A stretch of 64,000 nucleotides of DNA. Origin: Alphaproteobacteria bacterium (GTDB taxonomy: Bacteria > Pseudomonadota > Alphaproteobacteria > UBA6615). Both the position numbers and the translations under genes were made by a program. Numbering within the stretch: the first letter of the stretch is position 1; every line of letters starts with the position of its first letter. The notes beneath the pieces were generated by a model that searched no databases, was not told the DNA's origin, and was given only the letters and a program-made list of their open reading frames with translations. Shown piece after piece: positions 30,814-40,327 of the stretch. The stretch is taken from positions 20,291 through 84,290 of the forward strand of contig JAYQBG010000009.1 of NCBI GenBank assembly GCA_038137215.1. The letters are read 5' to 3'.

Positions 30814-30939
30814 TCAGACGAGCGTCCACCACATGATCACCAGCGCGATAGCCACGGCAATACCGGAATAGGTCATCAGCTTCAGGAAGCCGCCCCAGAC
30901 CTTTTTGCGCTGATCGAGATTCATGATTTCGTCGGACAT
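30814..30939 (-). CDS. 41-aa single-TM peptide, aa3-type cytochrome oxidase subunit IV-like (not in ORF track)
   Basis: Hand translation MSDEIMNLDQRKKVWGGFLKLMTYSGIAVAIALVIMWWTLV. The Q-x3-[FW]-x-GF-[IL]-K-x2-T pattern matches the bacterial COX IV (PF07835-like) family. Confidence 0.45.
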   Translation of the reverse strand: MSDEIMNLDQRKKVWGGFLKLMTYSGIAVAIALVIMWWTLV

Positions 30940-31024
30940 CTTCGCTCGCGTTCGTTCAAATTTGCGATAGTAGGCATTTTATACGCGACCTGATTGCGGC
31001 GCGAAAGTCCGGTTTTGCCGCATG

Positions 31025-31684
31025 TCATCCCGCGGCCGGGGGACTGATGATCCGCGCATTTGTGTCGCGCGGCATATCGACAATTGCTGTATCGCCCGCA
31101 ATGCGCACGCGGCCCTCGGCGATCAGTCGCACGGCGAGCGGATAGCAGCGGTGTTCGACGGTCAGAATGCGTGCGGCGAGGGAATCGGTATCATCCTCCG
31201 GCAGAACCGGAACCGCAGCCTGGACCAGAATCGGACCGGCATCCATCTCGGCGCGCACGATATGAACCGTGCAGCCACTCAACTTCACGCCGGCCGCGAT
31301 GGCCTGTTCATGGGCATCGATACCCTTGAAAGAGGGCAGCAGCGAAGGGTGGATGTTGACGATCCGGTCATGCCAGGTCTCGACGAACCAGCCTGACAAC
31401 AGGCGCATGAACCCGGCCAGACAGACCAGTTCGACCCCGGCCGCGCCAAGCTTTTCATGGACAGCCCGGTCGAAGCTTTCGCGATCGGGATAACCTGTGT
31501 GTTCGATACAGGCTGTTGCCAATCCCGCATTGGCTGCGTGCGCAAGGCCTTTGGCATCCGGCTTGTTGGAGAGGACCAGTACGATTTCGGCCGGAAAGTC
31601 TGCATCGGCGCAAGCTTCAATAAGCGCCTGCAGATTGGATCCGCGTCCCGAAATCAGAACACCGAGTTTCAGTCGGGCCATCAC
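31025..31684 (-). CDS. purN: phosphoribosylglycinamide formyltransferase
   Basis: 219 aa; [21 protein letters not shown]. Confidence 0.9.
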   Translation of the reverse strand: MMARLKLGVLISGRGSNLQALIEACADADFPAEIVLVLSNKPDAKGLAHAANAGLATACIEHTGYPDRESFDRAVHEKLGAAGVELVCLAGFMRLLSGWFVETWHDRIVNIHPSLLPSFKGIDAHEQAIAAGVKLSGCTVHIVRAEMDAGPILVQAAVPVLPEDDTDSLAARILTVEHRCYPLAVRLIAEGRVRIAGDTAIVDMPRDTNARIISPPAAG

Positions 31685-32763
31685 ACTGTTCCGAGGGCGG
31701 CCTGAAGATTTTCGATCCGGACCCCGGCATCGGCGTCGGTGACAACTTCCCCGATCGCACGGGCCTGTTCGCCGCTTTGGTTCAGGTTATCGATGATTGC
31801 CGCGGCCTGATCGGCAGCCGCGATGGCCACCATGCCGATCCCGCAATTGAACGTGCGGGCCATTTCCCGGGATTCAACGCCGCCCTGTTCCTGCAGCCAG
31901 CCGAAGACAGGCGGTGCGGTCCAGTGGCTGCCGTCTATTTCCACACCAAGCCCCTCGGGCAGCACCCGCGGGATATTTTCCAGAAGCCCGCCGCCGGTGA
32001 TGTGGGCCAGGGCGTTGATGCCGCCCGTGCGCACCGCGGCCAGGCAAGACGCCACATAAATGCGGGTCGGTGTGAGAAGCGCTGTCCCGAGTGTCCGGGA
32101 GGTGTCGAACGGGGCTGCCTCACCCAGCTCCCGTCCACTGGCATCCACGATTTTCCGAACTAGTGAATACCCGTTCGAATGAACCCCATCTGACGCCAAC
32201 CCGATGATCACGTCACCGGCTGTGACAGGACGGTCCGGGTCCGGTAATCCTGTGCCGCGTTCCATGGCGCCGACGGAAAAGCCGGCAAGGTCGAACTCAC
32301 CTTTTGTATAAAGACCCGGCATTTCGGCGGTTTCTCCGCCGATGAGCGCGCATCCGGCCTGTTTGCAGCCCTCGGACACGCCGGCAATCACCTTGGCGGC
32401 GACGTCCGGCTCCAGCCCGCCGGTGGCAAAATAGTCCAGGAAAAAGAGTGGCTCGGCGCCCTGGACGACCAGATCGTTCACGCACATGGCGACGAGGTCG
32501 ATCCCGATCGAATTGTACTGCTGTGTGTCGAAGGCCAGTTTCAGTTTCGTGCCAACACCATCGGTGGCTGCGACCAGGATTGGGTCGTCATATCCGGCCG
32601 CACGGGGGTCGAACGATGCGCCGAATCCGCCCAGCGCATCCATGGTTCCGCTTCGCCGTGTTGCGGCGGCCAGCGGCTTGATGGTGTCCACCAGTTCATT
32701 GCCTGCCGCGATATCGACGCCGGCATCCTTGTAGGTCAGCCCCAGAGCCCGTCTCCCGTACAT
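31681..32763 (-). CDS. purM: phosphoribosylformylglycinamidine cyclo-ligase (AIR synthetase)
   Basis: 360 aa; 4-nt overlap with purN. Confidence 0.9.
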   Translation of the reverse strand: MYGRRALGLTYKDAGVDIAAGNELVDTIKPLAAATRRSGTMDALGGFGASFDPRAAGYDDPILVAATDGVGTKLKLAFDTQQYNSIGIDLVAMCVNDLVVQGAEPLFFLDYFATGGLEPDVAAKVIAGVSEGCKQAGCALIGGETAEMPGLYTKGEFDLAGFSVGAMERGTGLPDPDRPVTAGDVIIGLASDGVHSNGYSLVRKIVDASGRELGEAAPFDTSRTLGTALLTPTRIYVASCLAAVRTGGINALAHITGGGLLENIPRVLPEGLGVEIDGSHWTAPPVFGWLQEQGGVESREMARTFNCGIGMVAIAAADQAAAIIDNLNQSGEQARAIGEVVTDADAGVRIENLQAALGTV

Positions 32764-32875
32764 ATTTTTGACGATTTCGTGCTATCTCTTCGCCGAAGTC
32801 GCCAGCATGTGGACCAAAACGCGTCGAATCGCGTTGTACATGCGGGTCACAATAGGTGTTTCGAGGTCATTTGCA

Positions 32876-34054
32876 ATGCGTGGCAAAACGTCAAAAATCA
32901 GCGCAGTTCGGGCGGCCGTGGCGGGCTTTGTGATGATTGCTGCGACGGCAGGCATTGCAACGGCCACGGCGCAGGAAACCGGCCTGACCGCGGTGTTTGT
33001 GGTCAGCGGGGTGTCCGTGGACGAAACCGCCGCAACCTCACGGGCAGCGCGTGAAGTAGCGCTGACCGCCGGCCAGATTTCGGCCGCGGAACAGATGCTG
33101 GCACGGCTGACACGGAAGGAAAACCGGGCACTGTTGCCGCCCATGGATATCGAAACCGCGCGCGCCCTCGTGAAGTCGCTGCAGGTTGAAAACGAGCTGA
33201 CCTCCGATGTCCGCTATCTCGCAGATCTTGTTGTCGCCTTTGAGCCGGATGCTGTTCGCAGTTATCTGCGCGCAGCGGGGGTTCCCTTTACCGAAGTGCG
33301 CAGCCGGCCGGTCCTTGTCGTACCGGTGCTGGCCGATGGTGTGAACTATCTCCTGTGGGAAGAACCGAACCCCTGGCGTGCCGCATGGCGTGACCATCCG
33401 GAAAGCTATGGGCTGGTTCCGATCGTGTCTCCGATCGGCGATCTGAATGATCTGACCGGTTTGAGTGCGGAGCAGGCTGTCGATGCCGATGAGGGCGCGC
33501 TGGGTGAGGCCGCCGTTCGATACGGGGCAGGATCGGTGATGGTAGCCATCGCGACCATTACGGGCGATGAACCGGGGGCCCAATCCATTGAGGTGGTGGC
33601 GAGCCGCGTGGGACGATTCGAGGAGCCGCCGCTGATCATCTCGCTTCAGAGTGCCCCCGAAGAAACCCCGGAGTTGTTTCTTCACCGGGCTGTCGGCGCT
33701 GTTGTCAGCGCCCTTGACGATGACTGGAAGCTGACCAGTACCGTCAGTTTCGAAGAGGTTGGCAGCATGCTTGTGGCGGTGCCGATTTCGGGGTTGCCCG
33801 GCTGGATCGAGCTACGCCGCCGTCTGGCCGGGGTGCCCAGCGTCACCGACGTCTTCGTCAACGCGCTCACGGCGAGTTCAGCCGAAGTCGAGATCGACTA
33901 CCGCGGTGACGCGCAGCAACTGGTGCGGGCGCTCGACCGGTTTGACCTGACTCTGGAGCCGGTTGGTTTCCAGAATGATGGGGCCGTCACCCAGCCATTC
34001 GATCCGCTTGATTCGCCGCGCCCCTCTCATGTTCTGCGCCTCGCGGACAACTGA
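32876..34054 (+). CDS. secreted DUF2066-like protein conserved upstream of hdaA
   Basis: Start at MRGKTSKISAVRAAVAGFVMIAATAGIATATAQE (signal peptide) after GAGGT SD; family assignment from memory. Confidence 0.5.
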   Translation: MRGKTSKISAVRAAVAGFVMIAATAGIATATAQETGLTAVFVVSGVSVDETAATSRAAREVALTAGQISAAEQMLARLTRKENRALLPPMDIETARALVKSLQVENELTSDVRYLADLVVAFEPDAVRSYLRAAGVPFTEVRSRPVLVVPVLADGVNYLLWEEPNPWRAAWRDHPESYGLVPIVSPIGDLNDLTGLSAEQAVDADEGALGEAAVRYGAGSVMVAIATITGDEPGAQSIEVVASRVGRFEEPPLIISLQSAPEETPELFLHRAVGAVVSALDDDWKLTSTVSFEEVGSMLVAVPISGLPGWIELRRRLAGVPSVTDVFVNALTASSAEVEIDYRGDAQQLVRALDRFDLTLEPVGFQNDGAVTQPFDPLDSPRPSHVLRLADN

Positions 34055-34064
34055 GCGAAGTTTG

Positions 34065-34745
34065 GTGTCACGTCAGCTTATTCTCGACCTGGGACACCGG
34101 ACCGCGCGCGGCCGGGCGGACTTTCTCGTTTCGGGCAGCAATGCCGAAGCAGTCGAGTGGATCGACCGCTGGCCGGACTGGCCAGCGCGCGCCTTTGTGA
34201 TCTGGGGGCCACCCGCATCGGGCAAGACCCATCTGGGATATGTCTGGTGCGCACGCAGCGGGGCTGATCTGATCCGTCCCGACGATGTCCGGACATGCCA
34301 GGCTTCCGATCTGCGGGACAGAAATGCGTGCCTGTTTCTCGACGATGCCGGTGATCTGGCGGGCAACCGGGGAGACGAGGAAGCGCTGCTGCATCTCTAC
34401 AATTATACCCTCGAAACAGAGGGGACCCTGCTTCTGACAGCCCGCCAGGCCCCGTCATTCTGGCATGTCGGGCTGGCGGATCTGTCCTCGCGCATGAAGG
34501 CGTTGCAGGGGGTGGGGATCGCCGCCCCCGATGACAGCCTTCTCGCGGCGTTACTGGTCAAACAGTTCCAGGACCGGCAATTGCGCATTGGCGAGGATGT
34601 GATCGCCTATCTTCTGCCGCGGATCGAACGCTCTTTTGAAGCCGCATCTCGGATCGTGGCGGCGATCGATGCCGCGGCCCTGGAGCGCCTGCGCCCGATC
34701 ACCGTGCCGCTGGTGCGCGAAGTTGTCGAGTCTTTCGAAGACTGA
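34065..34745 (+). CDS. hdaA: DnaA-related regulatory inactivator HdaA
   Basis: GTG start 11 nt after the upstream stop; ..FVIWGPPASGKTHL.. Walker A; about 226 aa; the track ORF is longer and overlaps the upstream gene. Confidence 0.7.
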   Translation: MSRQLILDLGHRTARGRADFLVSGSNAEAVEWIDRWPDWPARAFVIWGPPASGKTHLGYVWCARSGADLIRPDDVRTCQASDLRDRNACLFLDDAGDLAGNRGDEEALLHLYNYTLETEGTLLLTARQAPSFWHVGLADLSSRMKALQGVGIAAPDDSLLAALLVKQFQDRQLRIGEDVIAYLLPRIERSFEAASRIVAAIDAAALERLRPITVPLVREVVESFED

Positions 34746-34750
34746 ACCGG

Positions 34751-34779
34751 TCTGTCATGACCCTGTCATGCTCTTGTCA
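34751..34779 (+). promoter_or_regulatory. Pho box: three CTGTCAT-like direct repeats on an 11-bp period, 85 nt upstream of ppk
   Basis: ctgtcatgaccctgtcatgctcttgtcat; matches PhoB consensus CTGTCAT-N4-CTGTCAT. Confidence 0.6.
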
Positions 34780-34863
34780 TAAATTGCGGACAGGTTGCGA
34801 TCACGTTAGCCTGACAGCGCGTTGTGCTGGTTCGCAACATCAATCCTGACAAGAAATGGTCCC

Positions 34864-37026
34864 GTGGTTTCAGAAGAAACAGTCGAATACGACGAGATAT
34901 CCCCTGCAATAGCGCCCGATTCACCGGGTCGCTTCATCAACCGGGAACTGTCCTGGCTGGCCTTTAATGAACGCGTGCTCGAAGAGGCGGAAAACCCGAA
35001 CCATCCGCTGCTGGAACGCTTGCGGTTTCTGTCGATTTCGGCGTCGAACCTTGATGAATTCTACATGGTGCGCGTCGCCGGTTTGAAAGGGCAGGTCGAT
35101 GCCGGTGTCACCACGCCCAGTCAGGAAGGGCTCTCGCCGGGTGAGCAGCTTTCGGCGATCAATGCGCGTGCGGGCAACCTGATGGCCGAGCAGCAGCGTA
35201 TCTGGCGCTCGCTGGTGACGGCTTTGCGGGAACACGACCTGACCGTTGTTGAACCCGAGGAACTGACCCCCGACGAGAGCGGGTGGCTCGAAGACCACTT
35301 CATGAGCACGATTTTCCCGGTACTCACGCCGCTGGCCGTCGATCCGGCCCACCCGTTTCCGTTCATCCCGAATCTCGGCCTTGCTTTGGCCATGGACCTC
35401 TTCCGGGAATCCGACAGCCGGGCGATGGTGGGGCTCCTGCCGCTGCCGGGACAGATTGACCGTTTCATCCGGCTGCCGGGCAGTCATCCGCGTTTTATCG
35501 CGCTGGAACGCTACGTCTCGATGTATCTCGGGCATGTCTTCCCGGGCTTTGATCTGAAGGGTTACGGCACCTTTCGCGTGATCCGCGACAGCGATATCGA
35601 AATTCTCGAAGAGGCCGAAGACCTGGTCCGGCTGTTTGAAAGTGCGCTCAAGCGGCGCCGGCGGGGGTCGGTGATTCGGCTGACCTTCGACAGCAATATG
35701 CCCGAGAGCCTGCGCAATTTCGTCGCCGCGGAAAGCGATGTCGATGATGAGGACGTGTTCCTGCTGGACGGCATGCCGGGGCTCGACCGCACGAAGGAGC
35801 TCATCATCGATGAGCGCTCCGATCTGCTGTTTCAGCCGTTCAACATCCGGTTTCCCGAGCGTATTCGAGACTTCGCGGGCGATTGCTTTGCTGCGATCCG
35901 CGCCAAGGACATTGTCGTACACCATCCCTTCGAATCCTTCGATGTCGTGGTGCAATTCCTGCGGCAGGCGGCCCGCGATCCCAAGGTTGTTGCGATCAAG
36001 CAGACCCTCTACCGGACATCGGAGAACTCACCGATTGTGCAGGCGCTGATCGAGGCGGCGGAGGCCGGCAAGAACGTGACCGCCCTGGTCGAACTGAAGG
36101 CGCGTTTCGATGAAGAGGCCAATATTCGCTGGGCGCGCGAACTGGAGCGGGCGGGCGTTCAGATCGTTTATGGGTTCATTGATCTCAAGACCCACGCCAA
36201 GATCAGCCTGGTGCATCGCCGCGAAGGGTCCGATCTGCGCAGCTATGTGCATTTCGGCACCGGCAATTATCATCCGATCACGGCCCGGATTTACACCGAT
36301 CTCAGTTATTTCACCCAGAACCCGGTTCTATGCCGTGATGCCTCGCGCGTCTTCAACTACATGACCGGCTATGCCCGTCCCGAGGAACTGGAACGGGTTT
36401 CCGTGGCCCCGCTGAGCCTGCGCCAGACCCTGATGCAGGGCATCGAAGAGGAAATCGCCCATGCCGAGGCCGGGCGTCCGGCCGAAATCTGGGCGAAGCT
36501 GAACAGCCTCGTGGATGGCGACATCATCGATGCGCTCTATCGCGCCTCGCAGGCCGGCGTGACCATCCGGCTCGTCATTCGCGGTATCTGCTGCCTGCGT
36601 CCGGGGGTGCCGGGCCTGAGCGAGAATATCGAGGTGCAGAGCATCGTGGGACGGTTCTTGGAACATTCCCGCATCGCGGCTTTTGGCGATGGCGAAGAAA
36701 TGCCCAATGCCCACGCCAAGTTGTACATCTCTTCGGCCGACTGGATGCCGCGCAACCTGGATCGCCGGGTCGAGCTTCTGGTGCCGATCGAGAACGGCAC
36801 GGTCCATCAGCAAATTCTCGACCAGATCATGGTTGCGAATCTTCTCGATCGCGCTCAAAGCTGGGAGATGAAGCCCGACGGCACTTACGCCCGGATCGAC
36901 ACCAGCGGCGAGCAAGACCCATTCAGCGCTCACAACTACTTCATGACCAATCCGAGCCTCTCGGGACGCGGCAGTGCTTTGAAGAAGCCCGGCAGCGCGC
37001 CGCAGTTACTCGCGCATCCGGATTAA
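34864..37026 (+). CDS. ppk: polyphosphate kinase 1
   Basis: [19 protein letters not shown].., [15 protein letters not shown]-like repeats; GTG start chosen (the track lists TTG 34822). Confidence 0.85.
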   Translation: MVSEETVEYDEISPAIAPDSPGRFINRELSWLAFNERVLEEAENPNHPLLERLRFLSISASNLDEFYMVRVAGLKGQVDAGVTTPSQEGLSPGEQLSAINARAGNLMAEQQRIWRSLVTALREHDLTVVEPEELTPDESGWLEDHFMSTIFPVLTPLAVDPAHPFPFIPNLGLALAMDLFRESDSRAMVGLLPLPGQIDRFIRLPGSHPRFIALERYVSMYLGHVFPGFDLKGYGTFRVIRDSDIEILEEAEDLVRLFESALKRRRRGSVIRLTFDSNMPESLRNFVAAESDVDDEDVFLLDGMPGLDRTKELIIDERSDLLFQPFNIRFPERIRDFAGDCFAAIRAKDIVVHHPFESFDVVVQFLRQAARDPKVVAIKQTLYRTSENSPIVQALIEAAEAGKNVTALVELKARFDEEANIRWARELERAGVQIVYGFIDLKTHAKISLVHRREGSDLRSYVHFGTGNYHPITARIYTDLSYFTQNPVLCRDASRVFNYMTGYARPEELERVSVAPLSLRQTLMQGIEEEIAHAEAGRPAEIWAKLNSLVDGDIIDALYRASQAGVTIRLVIRGICCLRPGVPGLSENIEVQSIVGRFLEHSRIAAFGDGEEMPNAHAKLYISSADWMPRNLDRRVELLVPIENGTVHQQILDQIMVANLLDRAQSWEMKPDGTYARIDTSGEQDPFSAHNYFMTNPSLSGRGSALKKPGSAPQLLAHPD

Positions 37027-37053
37027 CCCAGCGAACCCCGCAGGCGGTCCGTC

Positions 37054-38553
37054 ATGGCCGCTAGGCTTGCCGTCCGCGACGCCCGGCCGGCTGCCGTGGT
37101 CGATATCGGCTCGAACTCGATCCGATTGGTGGTGTTCCGGGACCGCTCGCGTGCGCCGACGGCCGTGTTCAACGAGCGTGTGATCTGCGGCATCGGCCGC
37201 GACATGGCCCGGACCGGCCATTTGCACAAGGACGGCGTCGCCCAGGCGTTGGCCAATCTGCCGCGCTTTGCAGCCATCGCCAAATCCATGGACATCAGGG
37301 ACACCTCTCTGCTGGCCACAGCCGCCACGCGTGAAGCTTCCGACGGACCGGATTTTCTCAGGAGAATCGAAGACATCTTCGACCGGCCCGTGGTGCAACT
37401 CGACGGCGATGAAGAGGCGCGTCTGGCGGCGGCCGGGGTTCTCTGCGGCCTGCCCGATGCGCGCGGCATGGTCGCCGATCTGGGCGGCGGCAGTCTGGAG
37501 GTCGCCGCCTTGTCCAAGGGCAAAATGGGGAAGTTTGCCACCCTGCCGCTTGGCCCCCTGCGTCTGCTGGCGACGGTGGGCGATGACAGGGGTAAGATAT
37601 CCAAAAGTGTCGGTGCGGCGCTGGACGAAATCGACTGGATGGACAGCGCTCTGAAGGACGGTTCGATCTATATCGTGGGTGGTGCCTGGCGGGCACTGGC
37701 GCGGCTGCACATGGTCCAGACCGGCTATCCGCTGCGGGTCATCCACAACTACCGGATCAGTGGCCGTGAGGCGGCGGAGTTCTGTGACGTGGTGTCCGGG
37801 TTGGGGGCTTCGACCCTCGCGCGGATCGATGTGGTGCCCAAGGCGCGCGCCAACACCCTGCCGGTGGCTGCCGCTGTGTTGCAGCAACTGATCGTGGAGT
37901 CGAAAGCCGAACAGATTGTGTTTTCCGCGCTCGGCATCCGAGAGGGACGTGTCTTCGACATGCTCGACGACGAGGCCAGGGCCGAAGACCCGCTGATTGT
38001 CGCCTGCGATGAGGTCGCCGAGCGGGAAAACCGCTTCCCCGGTGCCGGAGAGGCCGTGTTCGACTGGGTGTCGCCCCTCTTCGAGGAAGAGTCCTCCGGT
38101 GAGAAGCGTTTGCGGCGCGCGGCGTGCCTGCTCGGAGATATCGGCTGGCACGAGCACCCGGATTACAGGGCCGAACAGGTCTATTTCCGTATCCTCCGCC
38201 TCTCGCTGCTGGCGCTCACCCACACCGAGAAAACCCGCATCGCGCTGGCCGTCTATCGCCGCTATGGCGGGTCCATGAACGATCAGGCTTTACGCACCGC
38301 CGAGGCGCTGCTCAGCGACGAGGACACTGTCTGGTCGCGCCGGCTCGGTGCCGCCCTGCGGCTGGCGGAAACCCTGACAGCTGGCACTGCCGACCTGCTC
38401 CGGGGTGCGCAACTCAAGCTGTCTAAAGACAGTCTGACCCTGAAGATGAAAAACGGCCATGCGGCGCTGGTGGGTGACGTGGTGCGAAACCGCTTTTCAA
38501 CCCTCGCCCGTCAGTTCGACCGGGAGCCGAAATTCGAGGGCAAGGGGCTTTAG
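37054..38553 (+). CDS. ppx: exopolyphosphatase (Ppx/GppA family)
   Basis: 499 aa; AVVDIGSNSIRLVVF; follows ppk. Confidence 0.85.
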   Translation: MAARLAVRDARPAAVVDIGSNSIRLVVFRDRSRAPTAVFNERVICGIGRDMARTGHLHKDGVAQALANLPRFAAIAKSMDIRDTSLLATAATREASDGPDFLRRIEDIFDRPVVQLDGDEEARLAAAGVLCGLPDARGMVADLGGGSLEVAALSKGKMGKFATLPLGPLRLLATVGDDRGKISKSVGAALDEIDWMDSALKDGSIYIVGGAWRALARLHMVQTGYPLRVIHNYRISGREAAEFCDVVSGLGASTLARIDVVPKARANTLPVAAAVLQQLIVESKAEQIVFSALGIREGRVFDMLDDEARAEDPLIVACDEVAERENRFPGAGEAVFDWVSPLFEEESSGEKRLRRAACLLGDIGWHEHPDYRAEQVYFRILRLSLLALTHTEKTRIALAVYRRYGGSMNDQALRTAEALLSDEDTVWSRRLGAALRLAETLTAGTADLLRGAQLKLSKDSLTLKMKNGHAALVGDVVRNRFSTLARQFDREPKFEGKGL

Positions 38554-38575
38554 GGCTTACCGAATCTTCCTCGCC

Positions 38576-38664
38576 GTCATTGCGAGGAGCGGCGCGACGA
38601 AGCAATCCAGTCTGTCGCACACGTCCACTCTGGATTGCTTCGGGCCTCCGGCCCTCGCAATGAC
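38576..38664 (+). repeat. 89-bp nested-palindrome MITE/REP-like element (termini GTCATTGCGAGG...CCTCGCAATGAC; inner CGAAGCAATCCAG...CTGGATTGCTTCG), copy 1
   Basis: Inverted repeats read directly; lies between convergent ppx and rnd. Confidence 0.7.
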
Positions 38665-38683
38665 AGGGTGCCGAAAACGGCGG

Positions 38684-39838
38684 CTAGTCGCCGATCTCCA
38701 CCATCCGGACCTTGCCCATGCCCGCGCCCAGCGCGATCTCGCCGTGTTTGAGGCGGAGCGCGTCCTCTCCGAAGATTTCGCGCCGCCAGCCGCGCAGGGC
38801 CGCCACATCGGCGTCGTCATCGGCGGCAATCTCTTCCAGGTCGGCGACGGTGGCCACCAGCTTCTGGGCCACGTCATGAGTATCGCATTTAAATTTCAGC
38901 AGCACCTTCAGCAGGTCCATCAGCGGTCCGGCCCCGGGCGGCAGTTCGACAATCGGCGGCAACTCCGGTGCCTCGTCTTCGGGCAGGTTGCGCCCGGCCT
39001 CGATGGCCTCTATCAGGCTGCGGCCCATCTTGCCGTCGGCAAAGCCCTTGGGAAGGCCGCGTACCCGCGACAGCGCCTTGGGGTTTTCCGGCGGGCGGGC
39101 GGCGAGCTGTAAGAGCACATCGTCGCGCAGGATGCGATTGCGCGGCTGGTCCCGGTTCATGGCCTCTCGGTCCCGCCAGGCCGCCACGGCCTGCAGCACC
39201 GCCAGATAGCGCGGCTGGGCGCGCTTGGTCTTCATCCGCCGCCAGGCTTCCTCGGGTACGACCTCGTACTTGGCCGGGTCGGCCAGCTTGATCATTTCCT
39301 GCTCGACCCAGGCGATGCGGCCGTTCTCCTCGATCCGGGCGCGGAGCTTCTCATAGGCGACCCGCAGATGGGTGACGTCCGCCATGGCGTATTCCAGCTG
39401 GGACTCCGACAGGGGCCGGTGCGACCAGTCGGTAAAGCGGCTCGCCTTGTCGAGGCGCACCTTCGCCAGCTTGGCGATCAGGCCCTCATAGCCCACCTGG
39501 TCCCCGAAGCCGGCGACCATGGCGGCCACCTGGGTGTCGAACAGGGGCTGCGGGGTGACGCCGCCCTCATGGTGGAAAATCTCGATATCCTGGGTCGCGG
39601 CGTGCATCACCTTGAGCACGTTCTCGTTGGCAATCAGGTCGTAGAGTGGCTTCAGATCGATGGTGTCGGCCAGCGGATCGATGATCGCCTCGTCATCCGG
39701 GCCGGCGACTTGCACCAGGCACAGGATCGGCCAGAACGTGCTCTCGCGCATGAACTCGGTATCGACGGTGATGTATTCGGCGCTGGACAGCGCCTCGCAG
39801 AACGCGGCGAGGGCGCCGGTGTCGGTGATAACTTTCAT
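38684..39838 (-). CDS. rnd: ribonuclease D
   Basis: 384 aa; DEDD 3'-5' exonuclease motifs ITVDTEF.., HRRC domain. Confidence 0.85.
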   Translation of the reverse strand: MKVITDTGALAAFCEALSSAEYITVDTEFMRESTFWPILCLVQVAGPDDEAIIDPLADTIDLKPLYDLIANENVLKVMHAATQDIEIFHHEGGVTPQPLFDTQVAAMVAGFGDQVGYEGLIAKLAKVRLDKASRFTDWSHRPLSESQLEYAMADVTHLRVAYEKLRARIEENGRIAWVEQEMIKLADPAKYEVVPEEAWRRMKTKRAQPRYLAVLQAVAAWRDREAMNRDQPRNRILRDDVLLQLAARPPENPKALSRVRGLPKGFADGKMGRSLIEAIEAGRNLPEDEAPELPPIVELPPGAGPLMDLLKVLLKFKCDTHDVAQKLVATVADLEEIAADDDADVAALRGWRREIFGEDALRLKHGEIALGAGMGKVRMVEIGD

Positions 39839-39891
39839 GGACCGAATATCTACAGGAAATCGAAGAGGCCGGGAACCCGCACAAACGCTCC

Positions 39892-39980
39892 GTCATTGCG
39901 AGGTCCGCAGGACCGTGGCAATCCAGAGCGGTCCTGTTCAGGCGTCTGGATTGCTTCGTCGCTTCGCGTCTTGCGATGAC
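39892..39980 (+). repeat. 89-bp nested-palindrome element, copy 2 (same termini and inner repeat, divergent internal segments with compensatory pairing)
   Basis: GTCATTGCGAGG..GCAATCCAG..CTGGATTGCTTCG..CTTGCGATGAC in the same orientation as copy 1. Confidence 0.65.
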
Positions 39981-40039
39981 ATGCTTGTTTCGTCACGGTC
40001 CGTCCATGACGTTTGCGGAGGGTTTTGTCCGGGTCGGCG

Positions 40040-40222
40040 CTGAGATGCCCGGGTCAAGCCCGGGCATGACAAGTGAGTGTTGGCGCGGACAGCAACAATA
40101 TTGTCCTACCCGGACCTGATCCGGGTATCTCACAATCATCCTCATACTGAGCCTGTCGAAGTATGAGGATGTCGTCCTCGTCCTTCGACAAGCTCAGGAT
40201 GAGGGCTCAGGCGAGGTCTTGC
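40040..40222. repeat. cluster of short hairpin-forming palindromic units upstream of aspS
   Basis: atgcccggg-tcaag-cccgggcat; tacccgga-cctga-tccgggta; catcctcatac..gtatgaggatg; 22-bp inverted pair 40140-40161/40183-40204. Confidence 0.6.
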
Positions 40223-40327
40223 ATCTTCTCCGATGCCCGACGCGCGCCCTTGACACACACCCGTGTTCCATGGCCATTGGCCCGCGCCTCTACACCCTGA
40301 AAAATCAACAGATTCCGAGAAGCGACC

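Noticed and set aside
39892-39980. Considered whether the 89-bp elements were a CRISPR-like array
   Set aside because: There are only two copies, 1.3 kb apart, with internal variation and palindromic structure. There are no regular spacers.
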